This document shows positions 37,110-45,698 of a DNA stretch of 64,000 bases, piece after piece. Source of the stretch: an uncultured bacterium (GTDB taxonomy: Bacteria; Oederibacteriota; Oederibacteriia; Oederibacteriales; Oederibacteriaceae). Position numbers and translations under genes: made by a program. The stretch is from positions 1,088,001 through 1,152,000 of the forward strand of contig OZ218778.1 in the NCBI GenBank assembly GCA_965112635.1, in the 5' to 3' direction. How positions within the stretch are numbered: the first letter of the stretch is position 1; every line of letters begins with the position of its first letter. Below the pieces are notes generated by a model. That model worked only from the letters and a program-made list of their open reading frames with translations. It made no database searches and was not told where the DNA came from.

Positions 37110-38516
37110 ATGAATATTCTGTTTGTGAATCCCAATTATTTTGAGTTCATTTATGGTAGTTACGCGGTTAAATTTGCCCCTGAAAGAAGCACTCCCATGC
37201 CGCTGGGGATGGGACTGCTCTCAGCTATTCTCCAAAAAGAGGGGCATACTGTCCAGATATTGGATATGAATATTCTGAATATTGGCATTGAAGCTCTGCA
37301 AAAAAAGATCACTGAGTTTGAACCGGAAATGATCTGTTTTACCATGACCACAGCTTTGTTTTCATTGATAAAAGAATATGTTGAAAAAATCAGAAGATTT
37401 GGATTTAAAGGCAAGATTGCGGTGGGCGGACCGCATCCGACCGCACTGCCCCGGCAAGTTCTGGAAACAACAGACATTGATTACGCAGTTGTTTCTACCG
37501 GTGATGTGCTGATAAAAAAGCTGGCTGCGGGGACGCTGAATTACAAAAATATCTGGCGAAAAGTTGAAGGCAAAGCCGTGGAGGGAGAACAGGAAGCGGG
37601 CGACAAGGTCGTTATGGATGACCTGCCTTATGCCTTGTATAACAAGGAGGATATCCCGAAATATACTTTGACCCCTTTGTATGCCAGAAACAATCCGGTC
37701 GCTTATATGGAGACCAGCCGGGGTTGTTTCAGCAAGTGCATCTACTGCAACAAGAACATATACGGATATAAATTTGTTGTAAAGTCCCCTGTAAGGGTCG
37801 TGAATGAAATGGAATATTTGCTCGGCTTGGGCTATCGGGAAATCCATATTATAGATGATGGTTTTACCACTAACACTCATAGGGTTTGCCAGATATGCGA
37901 AGAGATATTGAAAAGAGGATTGAAATTCACCTGGTATCCCAGGGGCGGGATACGCGTGGACAGGGTAGAGCAGAAAATGTTCGACCTCATGAAGGCCGCA
38001 GGGTGTTTCCGGGTGCCGTTTGGGGTGGAATCCGGGTCCCAAAGGGTGCTGGATATTTCCTGCAAGGGGATAAAAGTTGAACAAGCGGAAAAAGCAGTAA
38101 GCCTGGCCAAAAAAGCCGGGCTGGAGGTGGAATGCTATTTTATGATAGGACTTCCCACGGAAACCGAGAAGGATGTCAAAGCATCGTATGAACTGGCCAA
38201 AAAAATGGACCCTGATTATATGAAGTTCGCCATCACCATTCCATTGCCCGGCACAAAACTTTTTGATGACTGGAAAAAAGAGGGCAGAATCCTGACCGAG
38301 GACTGGGATAAGTATATCTTTACCATGAATCCGTCAGTATTGTATAAGCACGACCAGATGTCCGCGGACAAAATATATGAGCTCTATAACAAATATAACC
38401 GGAATTACTTTTTAAGGCCGTCTTATATTCTGGAAAGGATCCGCAAGGGCATTAAAAATCATAATTTGTTTTTCTATATACGGAACGGGGTCAAGCTGCT
38501 GCTGAATTTCAGGTAG
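37110..38516 (+). CDS. Cobalamin-binding radical SAM protein (class B methyltransferase-like)
   Basis: N-terminal B12-binding domain (PLGMGLL, GGPHPT), TSRGCFSKCIYC (CxxxCxxC), GVESGSQ, FMIGLPTET, PLPGT. Confidence 0.9.
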   Translation: MNILFVNPNYFEFIYGSYAVKFAPERSTPMPLGMGLLSAILQKEGHTVQILDMNILNIGIEALQKKITEFEPEMICFTMTTALFSLIKEYVEKIRRFGFKGKIAVGGPHPTALPRQVLETTDIDYAVVSTGDVLIKKLAAGTLNYKNIWRKVEGKAVEGEQEAGDKVVMDDLPYALYNKEDIPKYTLTPLYARNNPVAYMETSRGCFSKCIYCNKNIYGYKFVVKSPVRVVNEMEYLLGLGYREIHIIDDGFTTNTHRVCQICEEILKRGLKFTWYPRGGIRVDRVEQKMFDLMKAAGCFRVPFGVESGSQRVLDISCKGIKVEQAEKAVSLAKKAGLEVECYFMIGLPTETEKDVKASYELAKKMDPDYMKFAITIPLPGTKLFDDWKKEGRILTEDWDKYIFTMNPSVLYKHDQMSADKIYELYNKYNRNYFLRPSYILERIRKGIKNHNLFFYIRNGVKLLLNFR

Positions 38517-38539
38517 GCGTATCGTCCGGCCAAAGGAGG

Positions 38540-39520
38540 ATGATTGTGGAATTCAAAAAATATTTTCTGGTAGGCGGAGCCGGGTTCATTGGCTCCCATT
38601 TTACGGATGCCCTGTTGAAAAGGGACGATGTGGAAAAAGTCACCATTTACGATAACTTTTCTTCGGGAAGGGAGTGGCATTTTAAAAGTCATTTATCAGA
38701 CCCCCGTTTTAATGTTATCCGGGGGGATGTGCATGAGACCGTGCGGCTCAATCTGCTCATGAGCGGCCATGACACGGTCATGCATTTCGCCTCCAACCCG
38801 GATATTGCCAAAGCGGCGACCGACCCCAATGTTGATTTTGTCCAGGGCATTTACCTGACCCATTATGTCCTGGAGGCGATACGGCTCAATCAGGTCAAAA
38901 GGGTCATTTATATTTCAGGGAGCGGAGTTTATGGGGATTTGGGGGCTGTGGAAACACCGGAAAATTACAGCCCGCTCCTGCCTGTTTCCACCTATGGGGC
39001 CAGCAAGCTGGCCGGAGAGGTCTTTATCTCCAGCTATTGCCATATGTTCGGTTTGACCGCCTGTATTTTCAGGTTTGCCAATGTAGTCGGACCCCGTCAA
39101 ACCCATGGAGTAGGGTATGATTTTGCCAAACGCCTGCTCCAGGATCCCTCAAAGATAAGGATCCTTGGCGATGGCAGCCAGAGTAAATCGTATATTTATG
39201 TGGAAGATGTGGTTTCCGCTGTCATGACAGCCCATGAAAAGCAAACCACAGCCTATGAAATATATAATGTGGGAACCAAGGACTACATCACGGTGAAAGA
39301 GATCGCGGACATTGCTGTGGAATGCGCGGGTATCAAGGAAAAGGTGAGGTATGAGTTCACAGGAGGCGACAGGGGATGGAAAGGCGATATTCCCGTGATG
39401 CGGTTAAATACGGACAAGATCCGTTCCCTGGGCTGGGCCAACCGCCGCGATTCCAAAGAAGCAGTCAGGGATTCCATCCAGGCCATTCTCAAAGACCTTA
39501 AAGCTGGATTGATCCAGTGA
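38540..39520 (+). CDS. NAD-dependent nucleotide-sugar epimerase/dehydratase (paralog of 15187-16149)
   Basis: GGAGFIGS, YGASK, THGVGYDF, GGDRGWKGD. Confidence 0.9.
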   Translation: MIVEFKKYFLVGGAGFIGSHFTDALLKRDDVEKVTIYDNFSSGREWHFKSHLSDPRFNVIRGDVHETVRLNLLMSGHDTVMHFASNPDIAKAATDPNVDFVQGIYLTHYVLEAIRLNQVKRVIYISGSGVYGDLGAVETPENYSPLLPVSTYGASKLAGEVFISSYCHMFGLTACIFRFANVVGPRQTHGVGYDFAKRLLQDPSKIRILGDGSQSKSYIYVEDVVSAVMTAHEKQTTAYEIYNVGTKDYITVKEIADIAVECAGIKEKVRYEFTGGDRGWKGDIPVMRLNTDKIRSLGWANRRDSKEAVRDSIQAILKDLKAGLIQ

Positions 39521-40740
39521 AAAAGGATGTGCCGGTGATCCGTCATCTATTTCCCAAAACAGGCAGGCTCTCCAAACCGGAACTGACTTTTGTGATCCCC
39601 GCCCTGAACGAAGAGGTCACCATCGGAGAGTTCGTGGAGTGGTGCAAACTGGGACTGGCCAGACTAAAGGTTAAAGGCCAGATACTCATCGTGGACAGCT
39701 CTGCGGACCGGACCGCGGATATCGCCTTAAAGCATGGGGCCGAGGTGCTGAAGGTCCCCCATCTGGGTCTGGGCAGGGCCTATATTGACGCTATCCCTTA
39801 TGTGAAAGGGCGGTATGTGATCCTGGGAGACGCGGACCTGACCTATGATACCCGCCAGATCCAGCCTTTCTGGAAAAAGTTCCAGGAGGGATATGAATTC
39901 ATCATGGGTTCCCGGATCAAAGGGACTATCGAGGCCGGGGCCATGCCGGCTCTGCATCTTTATTTTGGCAACCCTTTGACTACATGGATCCTCAACCGTA
40001 TTTATGGTTGCAAGTTTTCGGATATCCATTGCGGGATAAGGGGGGTGACACTGGAGGGACTGAAAAGGATGAGGTTAGTATCCCAAAGCTGGCAGTATGC
40101 TTCCGAAATGATCATTAAAGCCGTCCAGCTTGACCTCAAGATCACCGAAGTGCCGGTGGTCTTCCATAAGGACCGTATTGGGCGCTCCAGCCATTTGAAG
40201 CGGATGGGCTGGATGGCGCCGTGGTCGGCCGGCTGGAGCACTCTCAAGACCCTTTTCACTTTTGGGGCGGATTTTTTTATGTTCAAAACAGGGTTTTTGA
40301 TGGCATTTCTTGGATCTATCGGTTCCGTGGCCCTGTATGACGGACCCATTCATATCGGCGCTGTAGGTTTTTCTTTGCACTGGATGCTTTTATTTATGCT
40401 CATTTTTTTGGTAGGTCTGCAATTTTTCTTTATGGGCGTTTTGGCTAGGTCGTTCTACGACATTGAGGATAAAAGGTCGGATAAATGGAAAAAATTTTTT
40501 TCTCTGGATCATAATATCCCGTTTTCTATTCTTATTGTCGCGAGCGGTTTTCTGAGTATGGTCCCGGTCATCCAGGTGTATTTCCAGAATGGATTAAGTT
40601 TACCGCCTCATCTTGGCGCTGAATCCTATCAGGCCGTCGGCGGTATTGGCCTGATCCTTTCCGCGGCCATTTATTTCACTTCCTCCCTTCTTTATAATGC
40701 CATCATCATCAACCGTAAAACCATTCAGAGAGACCACTAA
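39517..40740 (+). CDS. GT2 polyprenyl-phosphate (DPM-like) glycosyltransferase with 4 C-terminal TMs
   Basis: FVIPALNEE, IVDSS, GLGRAY, GDADLTYD, SDIHCG, hydrophobic C-terminus. Confidence 0.88.
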   Translation: MKKDVPVIRHLFPKTGRLSKPELTFVIPALNEEVTIGEFVEWCKLGLARLKVKGQILIVDSSADRTADIALKHGAEVLKVPHLGLGRAYIDAIPYVKGRYVILGDADLTYDTRQIQPFWKKFQEGYEFIMGSRIKGTIEAGAMPALHLYFGNPLTTWILNRIYGCKFSDIHCGIRGVTLEGLKRMRLVSQSWQYASEMIIKAVQLDLKITEVPVVFHKDRIGRSSHLKRMGWMAPWSAGWSTLKTLFTFGADFFMFKTGFLMAFLGSIGSVALYDGPIHIGAVGFSLHWMLLFMLIFLVGLQFFFMGVLARSFYDIEDKRSDKWKKFFSLDHNIPFSILIVASGFLSMVPVIQVYFQNGLSLPPHLGAESYQAVGGIGLILSAAIYFTSSLLYNAIIINRKTIQRDH

Positions 40741-40750
40741 AGGAAGGCCT

Positions 40751-41887
40751 ATGAATAAAGCAGGCTATTTTAAATGGAGTTTCAGCCGAAGCCGGGTGGT
40801 TTGCCGGGTCAAGGGAAAGGAAGGGTTCGTTGACTCCCAAGACCATTGGCAAAACGCGGTGCTCAGGCTCCTGGATCTGGACCAGACCAAAGCCATGAAA
40901 TGGGTGGAAAAAGTACTGGCCTCAGGATGCAAGGAAGGGCGCGTTCCCTGGGTGCTCCTGCCTCCGGAACAGCGGGTCCGGGCCCTTATAAAAGGAACTG
41001 CCGAGTTTTATGGTCTTACCAAAGGCCGGAAAAGATTCAAGGGTTTCAGGTTTTCCCGCTATAAGATACTGGGGGAGAGCATTGACCAGGTCTGGGTCAG
41101 CAGAGGGGGAATGGATAAGACAATAGGTATTGTAGGCAACCGCTCCCTGGGGCATGGTATCGCTGTGCATAGCCGGGGGAGGGAGCCTTTATTGTTAACA
41201 CCCTGTGATTATGAAGAAAATTATTTCGAAAATAACATCCAGGGCCTGGGCTATGGGAGTTATTCCTCCCAGGAAAGCTGGAGGATGGAGAAAGCAAGGC
41301 GGCAGATACGCCAGATCAAAGGGTGGGTCCTGTCTTTAGGGCTAGCCAAGTCCAAAGTCAAACTATTAGATGTTGGTTCTGGTTACGGCTATTTCAGGAA
41401 AGCCGCGGAAGAAGCCGGGTGGCAGCATGAGGGCATAGATGTCAGCCGGCATGCCGGACAATTTTCCCAAAAGAGGTTCGGGTTTAAAACTTTTATCGGA
41501 GATCTCAAAAGTTTTGCCCGGCATTCCCAAGGGGGGTTTGACCTCATTGCCATGTTTGATTCCCTAGAGCATTCGCGGGAGCCTTTAGAGGAACTTCGGA
41601 CAGCCGCAAAGCTGCTGGCTCCAGGAGGAGCTTGTGTCCTGCGGACGCCGAACTTGCTTTCGCTGGAAAAGGATATTTTTGGCCCTTATTATCATTCAAT
41701 AAAGAACGAACATTTACATTATTTTTCGCCTAAAAGCCTGTGTTGGTTCTTGGAAAAAGCCGGACTTTCCCCTGTTTTTTTAACAACCGAATCCCATCTT
41801 TTACGGGGATTTCTGGGCGGTTCCTTGATGACCTATGCCAGGCTTTTGCAGGGGTCGGATATAATAGCCTTAGCGCAAAAAATCTAG
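40751..41887 (+). CDS. Class I SAM-dependent methyltransferase with an N-terminal extension
   Basis: LDVGSGYG, FDSLEH, RTPN, EHLHYFS. ATG 40751 follows an AGGAAGG RBS. Confidence 0.82.
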   Translation: MNKAGYFKWSFSRSRVVCRVKGKEGFVDSQDHWQNAVLRLLDLDQTKAMKWVEKVLASGCKEGRVPWVLLPPEQRVRALIKGTAEFYGLTKGRKRFKGFRFSRYKILGESIDQVWVSRGGMDKTIGIVGNRSLGHGIAVHSRGREPLLLTPCDYEENYFENNIQGLGYGSYSSQESWRMEKARRQIRQIKGWVLSLGLAKSKVKLLDVGSGYGYFRKAAEEAGWQHEGIDVSRHAGQFSQKRFGFKTFIGDLKSFARHSQGGFDLIAMFDSLEHSREPLEELRTAAKLLAPGGACVLRTPNLLSLEKDIFGPYYHSIKNEHLHYFSPKSLCWFLEKAGLSPVFLTTESHLLRGFLGGSLMTYARLLQGSDIIALAQKI

Positions 41888-41927
41888 TCAAAAAAACTAG
41901 CAAAAAAAAGAGCGGAAAGAGAAATAG

Positions 41928-42929
41928 ATGAATTTTGCTGTCTGCGGTTTTGGTTTGATCGGCAAAGAAAGGGTCAAAGCCCTGATGGAACTGAAACAGG
42001 AGGGTTGTCCGGTTGGCGCTATCTTTGTTTATGACCCCTATTATCCCGAAAAAAACAGAAAACCCCTCCGAGGCGTGACCTGGTTGGACAGCACCCAGGA
42101 TATCCTGGCCAGGCATCCGGATTGGGCCATCCTGGCTGTTCCCCATGACACTGCTCCCGCTTTGGTCAGGGAATTACTTCCCGCAAATCCCAGGATGCTC
42201 ATGGAAAAACCATTTTGCAGGAACTTAAGCGAGGCGAAAAAACTGGCCAAGAGCATCCCGGACCCCAAAAGATTTTGGGTTGGATTTAATTACCGGTTTT
42301 ATCCGGCTGTGGCGCGTTTGCTGCGGGACTTCCGGAACGGTTGGTTCGGCAAAATTATCAGCATCAATATGTGTCTCGGCCAAGGAGGGGCTCCGGGTAT
42401 GGAGAAGTCCTGGAAACTCGACCCGCAAAGGGGCGGCGAGGGATGCCTGCTTGATCCCGGCATCCACCTGCTGGACTTGGTCTTCCTGTTGAGCCAGGGT
42501 GATATCAAGCCAGTGAAAGGCCTGACTTGGAAAGGTTTCTGGAATACGGGGATAACTGAAGAGTGCTCCTATCTTATGAAGGGAAAAGGATTTACGATCC
42601 AGTTGGAAGCGTCCTTATTAAGGTGGCGCAATACTTTTAAGATCGAAGTCCATGGTCAGGATGGGTATGGTTTGGTGAACGGGAGGGGCGGTCATTATGG
42701 TCCTCAGACCTATATCAGGGGAAAAAGGTGGGGCTGGCAAAAGGCAGCCAGCCAGGCTGCGAGCGAGGAAGAACTGGTAAGAGTGGGCCGTCCCGAATCC
42801 TTTAAAGACGAACTGCGCGCGTTGATCCATGCTCGTAGCAAGAGCTATCCTGCTCCCTGTTCCCTCAAAGAAGCCATGGAAGTGATGACCCTATATGACC
42901 GTTGTCTTAAATTTGGCGAATGGGTCTGA
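41928..42929 (+). CDS. Gfo/Idh/MocA family oxidoreductase (paralog of 18338-19336)
   Basis: GFGLIG, MEKP, VGFNYRF, GCLLDPGIHLLD. Confidence 0.88.
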   Translation: MNFAVCGFGLIGKERVKALMELKQEGCPVGAIFVYDPYYPEKNRKPLRGVTWLDSTQDILARHPDWAILAVPHDTAPALVRELLPANPRMLMEKPFCRNLSEAKKLAKSIPDPKRFWVGFNYRFYPAVARLLRDFRNGWFGKIISINMCLGQGGAPGMEKSWKLDPQRGGEGCLLDPGIHLLDLVFLLSQGDIKPVKGLTWKGFWNTGITEECSYLMKGKGFTIQLEASLLRWRNTFKIEVHGQDGYGLVNGRGGHYGPQTYIRGKRWGWQKAASQAASEEELVRVGRPESFKDELRALIHARSKSYPAPCSLKEAMEVMTLYDRCLKFGEWV

Positions 42930-42937
42930 GCGATGAA

Positions 42938-44161
42938 ATGAAAAAGGATGTGTCTATGATCCGTCATCTATTTCCCAAAACAGGCAAGGTTTCTAAGCCG
43001 GAACTGACATTCCTTATTCCCGCCCTGAATGAAGAGGTCACCATCGGAGAATTCGTGGGCTGGTGCAAACAGGGGATGGCCAGCCTTAAGGTCAAAGGCC
43101 AGATCCTCATCGTGGACAGTTCTACGGACCGGACCGCGGAAATAGCTTTAAAGCACGGGGCGGAGGTGTTGAAGGTCCCGCGGCTGGGGTTGGGCAGGGC
43201 TTATATTGACGCTATCCCTTATGTGAGAGGGCGGTTTGTGATATTAGGAGACGCGGACCTGACCTATGACATGCGGCAAATCCAGCCATTTTGGAGGAAG
43301 TTCCAGGAAGGGTATGAGTTCATCATGGGTTCCCGGATGAAAGGGAAGATCGAAGACGGGGCTATGCCAGCCCTGCACAGGTATTTTGGGACCCCCTTGA
43401 CCACCTGGATATTGGACTGGATCTACGGGTGCAAATTTTCGGACATTCATTGTGGGATACGAGGGGCGACGCTGGAGGGGCTGAAAAGGATGCGGCTCAT
43501 ATCCCAGAGCTGGCAGTACGCTCCCGAGATGATCATTAAAGCGGTCCAACTTAATTTAAAAACGACTGAGGTTGAAGTTGTTTTTCATAAAGACAGGGAA
43601 GGCAGGACCAGCCATCATAAGCGTATTGGATGGTATGCTCCCTGGGTCGCGGGCTGGCTAACGCTAAAAACCATTTTCACTTTCAGTGCTGATTTTTTTA
43701 TGTACAAGCTAGGGATTGTCACGGCCATTTTGGGTTTTATCGGTACTGCAATATTGTTCCAGGGGCCAGTTCAGGTCGGGGAATTTGGTTTTTCCATACA
43801 CTGGATGATCCTGTTTGTCCTTTTTTTTCTGGGCGGTTTACAATATTTTTTTATGGGTGTTTTGGCAAAATCATTCTATGATCTTGAAGATGTGCGTTCT
43901 AAGAAATGGAAAAAACTTTTTGCCCTGGAATTGGCGGTCCCGGTATCATTTTTGCTTGTTCTGATGGGTTTGATATGTGCTATCCCTCTTATTGCAGCTT
44001 ATTTAAGTAATGGGTTGCGGCTATCTGCTATTGTAGGGGTAGCCTCTTATCATACTATTGCTGGCATGGGTCTTATTTTGTCTGCGGCTATATATTTCAC
44101 CTCCTCGCTTCTCTTCAACGCCATTATTATAGGTCGTAATGTGAGAGTACAGAAGCCATAA
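42938..44161 (+). CDS. GT2 polyprenyl-phosphate glycosyltransferase, close duplicate of 39517-40740
   Basis: Nearly identical N-terminal catalytic domain (IRHLFPKTG..SKPELTF.IPALNEEVTIGEFV). Confidence 0.88.
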   Translation: MKKDVSMIRHLFPKTGKVSKPELTFLIPALNEEVTIGEFVGWCKQGMASLKVKGQILIVDSSTDRTAEIALKHGAEVLKVPRLGLGRAYIDAIPYVRGRFVILGDADLTYDMRQIQPFWRKFQEGYEFIMGSRMKGKIEDGAMPALHRYFGTPLTTWILDWIYGCKFSDIHCGIRGATLEGLKRMRLISQSWQYAPEMIIKAVQLNLKTTEVEVVFHKDREGRTSHHKRIGWYAPWVAGWLTLKTIFTFSADFFMYKLGIVTAILGFIGTAILFQGPVQVGEFGFSIHWMILFVLFFLGGLQYFFMGVLAKSFYDLEDVRSKKWKKLFALELAVPVSFLLVLMGLICAIPLIAAYLSNGLRLSAIVGVASYHTIAGMGLILSAAIYFTSSLLFNAIIIGRNVRVQKP

Positions 44162-44202
44162 TTTATTTTCCAATATTTTAGTTTTATGATGAGAAAGGAA
44201 TT

Positions 44203-44934
44203 GTGATGTTTCAGCACCTTTTCAAAGGTGGTTTTTATAATTCCCTTTTTAAAAATATAATCCATTGGTTACGCCTTCCAGATGCCCGTCTCTATACTTT
44301 CTATTTGGCGCGGCCAACCTATCGGCCTTGGCTTTCTAAAGCATTTAAAGAAATTTACAATGAGATATCCCCTTATACCCTAGTTAGTCAAGATAGATGT
44401 TATATTCTCTACTCTTTAGCAAAACAATGTCTTTGGATAGAAGGGGATTTTGCTGAGTGTGGGGTTTATAAAGGTGGTACAGCTATGCTTCTTAACAGGG
44501 TTTTAAATCAAGGACAAAAGAAAATAAAAAAACTTCATTTATTTGATTCCTTTGAGGGTATGCCAGAGGGTGGACATAAATTGGATTCCTATGAACAAGG
44601 CGAGTTCCGCGATGTGAATTACCAAGATGTAAAAAAACGATTGAATACTCCTGGAAGGGTTTTTTTTTATAAAGGCAAAATTCCATCCACTTTTAGCAGA
44701 ATTAATAAATGCAATTTTGCTTTAGTCCATATAGATGTTGATATTTATCAGTCTATAGCAGATTGTTGTCGTTTTTTATATCCCCGTCTCCGAAAAGGAG
44801 GGGCTATGATATTTGATGATTACGGGTTTCCCAGCTGTGCCGGTGGACGAAAAGCTGTAGACGAATATTTTTATAATAAACCTGAAGTACCGATTGTGCT
44901 GCCAACTGCCCAAGCCATAGTTATTAAGCTTTAA
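44203..44934 (+). CDS. TylF/MycF/NovP family sugar O-methyltransferase
   Basis: GDFAECGVYKGG, LFDSFEGMP, HIDVDIY, IFDDYG. Visibly AT-rich. Confidence 0.9.
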   Translation: MMFQHLFKGGFYNSLFKNIIHWLRLPDARLYTFYLARPTYRPWLSKAFKEIYNEISPYTLVSQDRCYILYSLAKQCLWIEGDFAECGVYKGGTAMLLNRVLNQGQKKIKKLHLFDSFEGMPEGGHKLDSYEQGEFRDVNYQDVKKRLNTPGRVFFYKGKIPSTFSRINKCNFALVHIDVDIYQSIADCCRFLYPRLRKGGAMIFDDYGFPSCAGGRKAVDEYFYNKPEVPIVLPTAQAIVIKL

Positions 44935-44972
44935 AGAAATCAATAACGATAGATGCAAGGGAGCTTTCAGGG

Positions 44973-45698
44973 ATGAAGCAAGGAAAATGGCCTAAAAAAA
45001 CCCCGGAATTAAACATCCAAGAGACTGATATCGCTAGCGATTGGATGCAATATTGGTTTGAAATCAATAAAGACAAGTATTCTTCGATTATAGATTTCGG
45101 ACACCGATACGTAGTGAGTCGTTCTTTCCCGGGATTCCTCCGGACCATGGATATTGGAGCAGGTCTTGGTGACCATTTAAAGTATGAGAAGCTGTCCGAT
45201 AAACAACTAGAAAACTATGTTGTAGTCGAACAAAGAGAGAATATGTTAGCCAAATTAAAAGAAATGTGGCCAGAAATTAAGGTGTTTGCGGGTGATTGTC
45301 AAATGCACATGCCTTTTTCTGAAAACTATTTTGACCGGATAATCGCCGTCCATCTATTAGAACATTTGCCCAATCTCCCTGCTTTCCTCAAACAGGCAAG
45401 AAAGTTATTAAACAAAGAAAAGGGTCAATTCCTAGTTGTCATTCCATGTGAAGGGGGGCTAGGTTATTCTTTGGGGAGGCGGTTTACTTCGCAGCGCCTT
45501 TTTGAAAAAAGATATCGCTGTTCCTATAACAAGTTTATCGAGTCCGAGCATGTTAATACGGCTGCCGAGATTCTGACCGAGCTAAAAAAACAGTTCAAAA
45601 TTATAGATCGATATTACTATCCCCTGCGTTTTCCTTCGGTCCATATCAACCTGTGCCTCGGGTTAACTCTGCGGCCATTGGAGGGGAACCCCCTTTGA
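44973..45698 (+). CDS. Class I SAM-dependent methyltransferase (paralog of 14452-15171)
   Basis: KWPKK N-terminus, DIGAGLG, VHLLEHLPNLPA, VIPCEGG. Confidence 0.85.
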   Translation: MKQGKWPKKTPELNIQETDIASDWMQYWFEINKDKYSSIIDFGHRYVVSRSFPGFLRTMDIGAGLGDHLKYEKLSDKQLENYVVVEQRENMLAKLKEMWPEIKVFAGDCQMHMPFSENYFDRIIAVHLLEHLPNLPAFLKQARKLLNKEKGQFLVVIPCEGGLGYSLGRRFTSQRLFEKRYRCSYNKFIESEHVNTAAEILTELKKQFKIIDRYYYPLRFPSVHINLCLGLTLRPLEGNPL

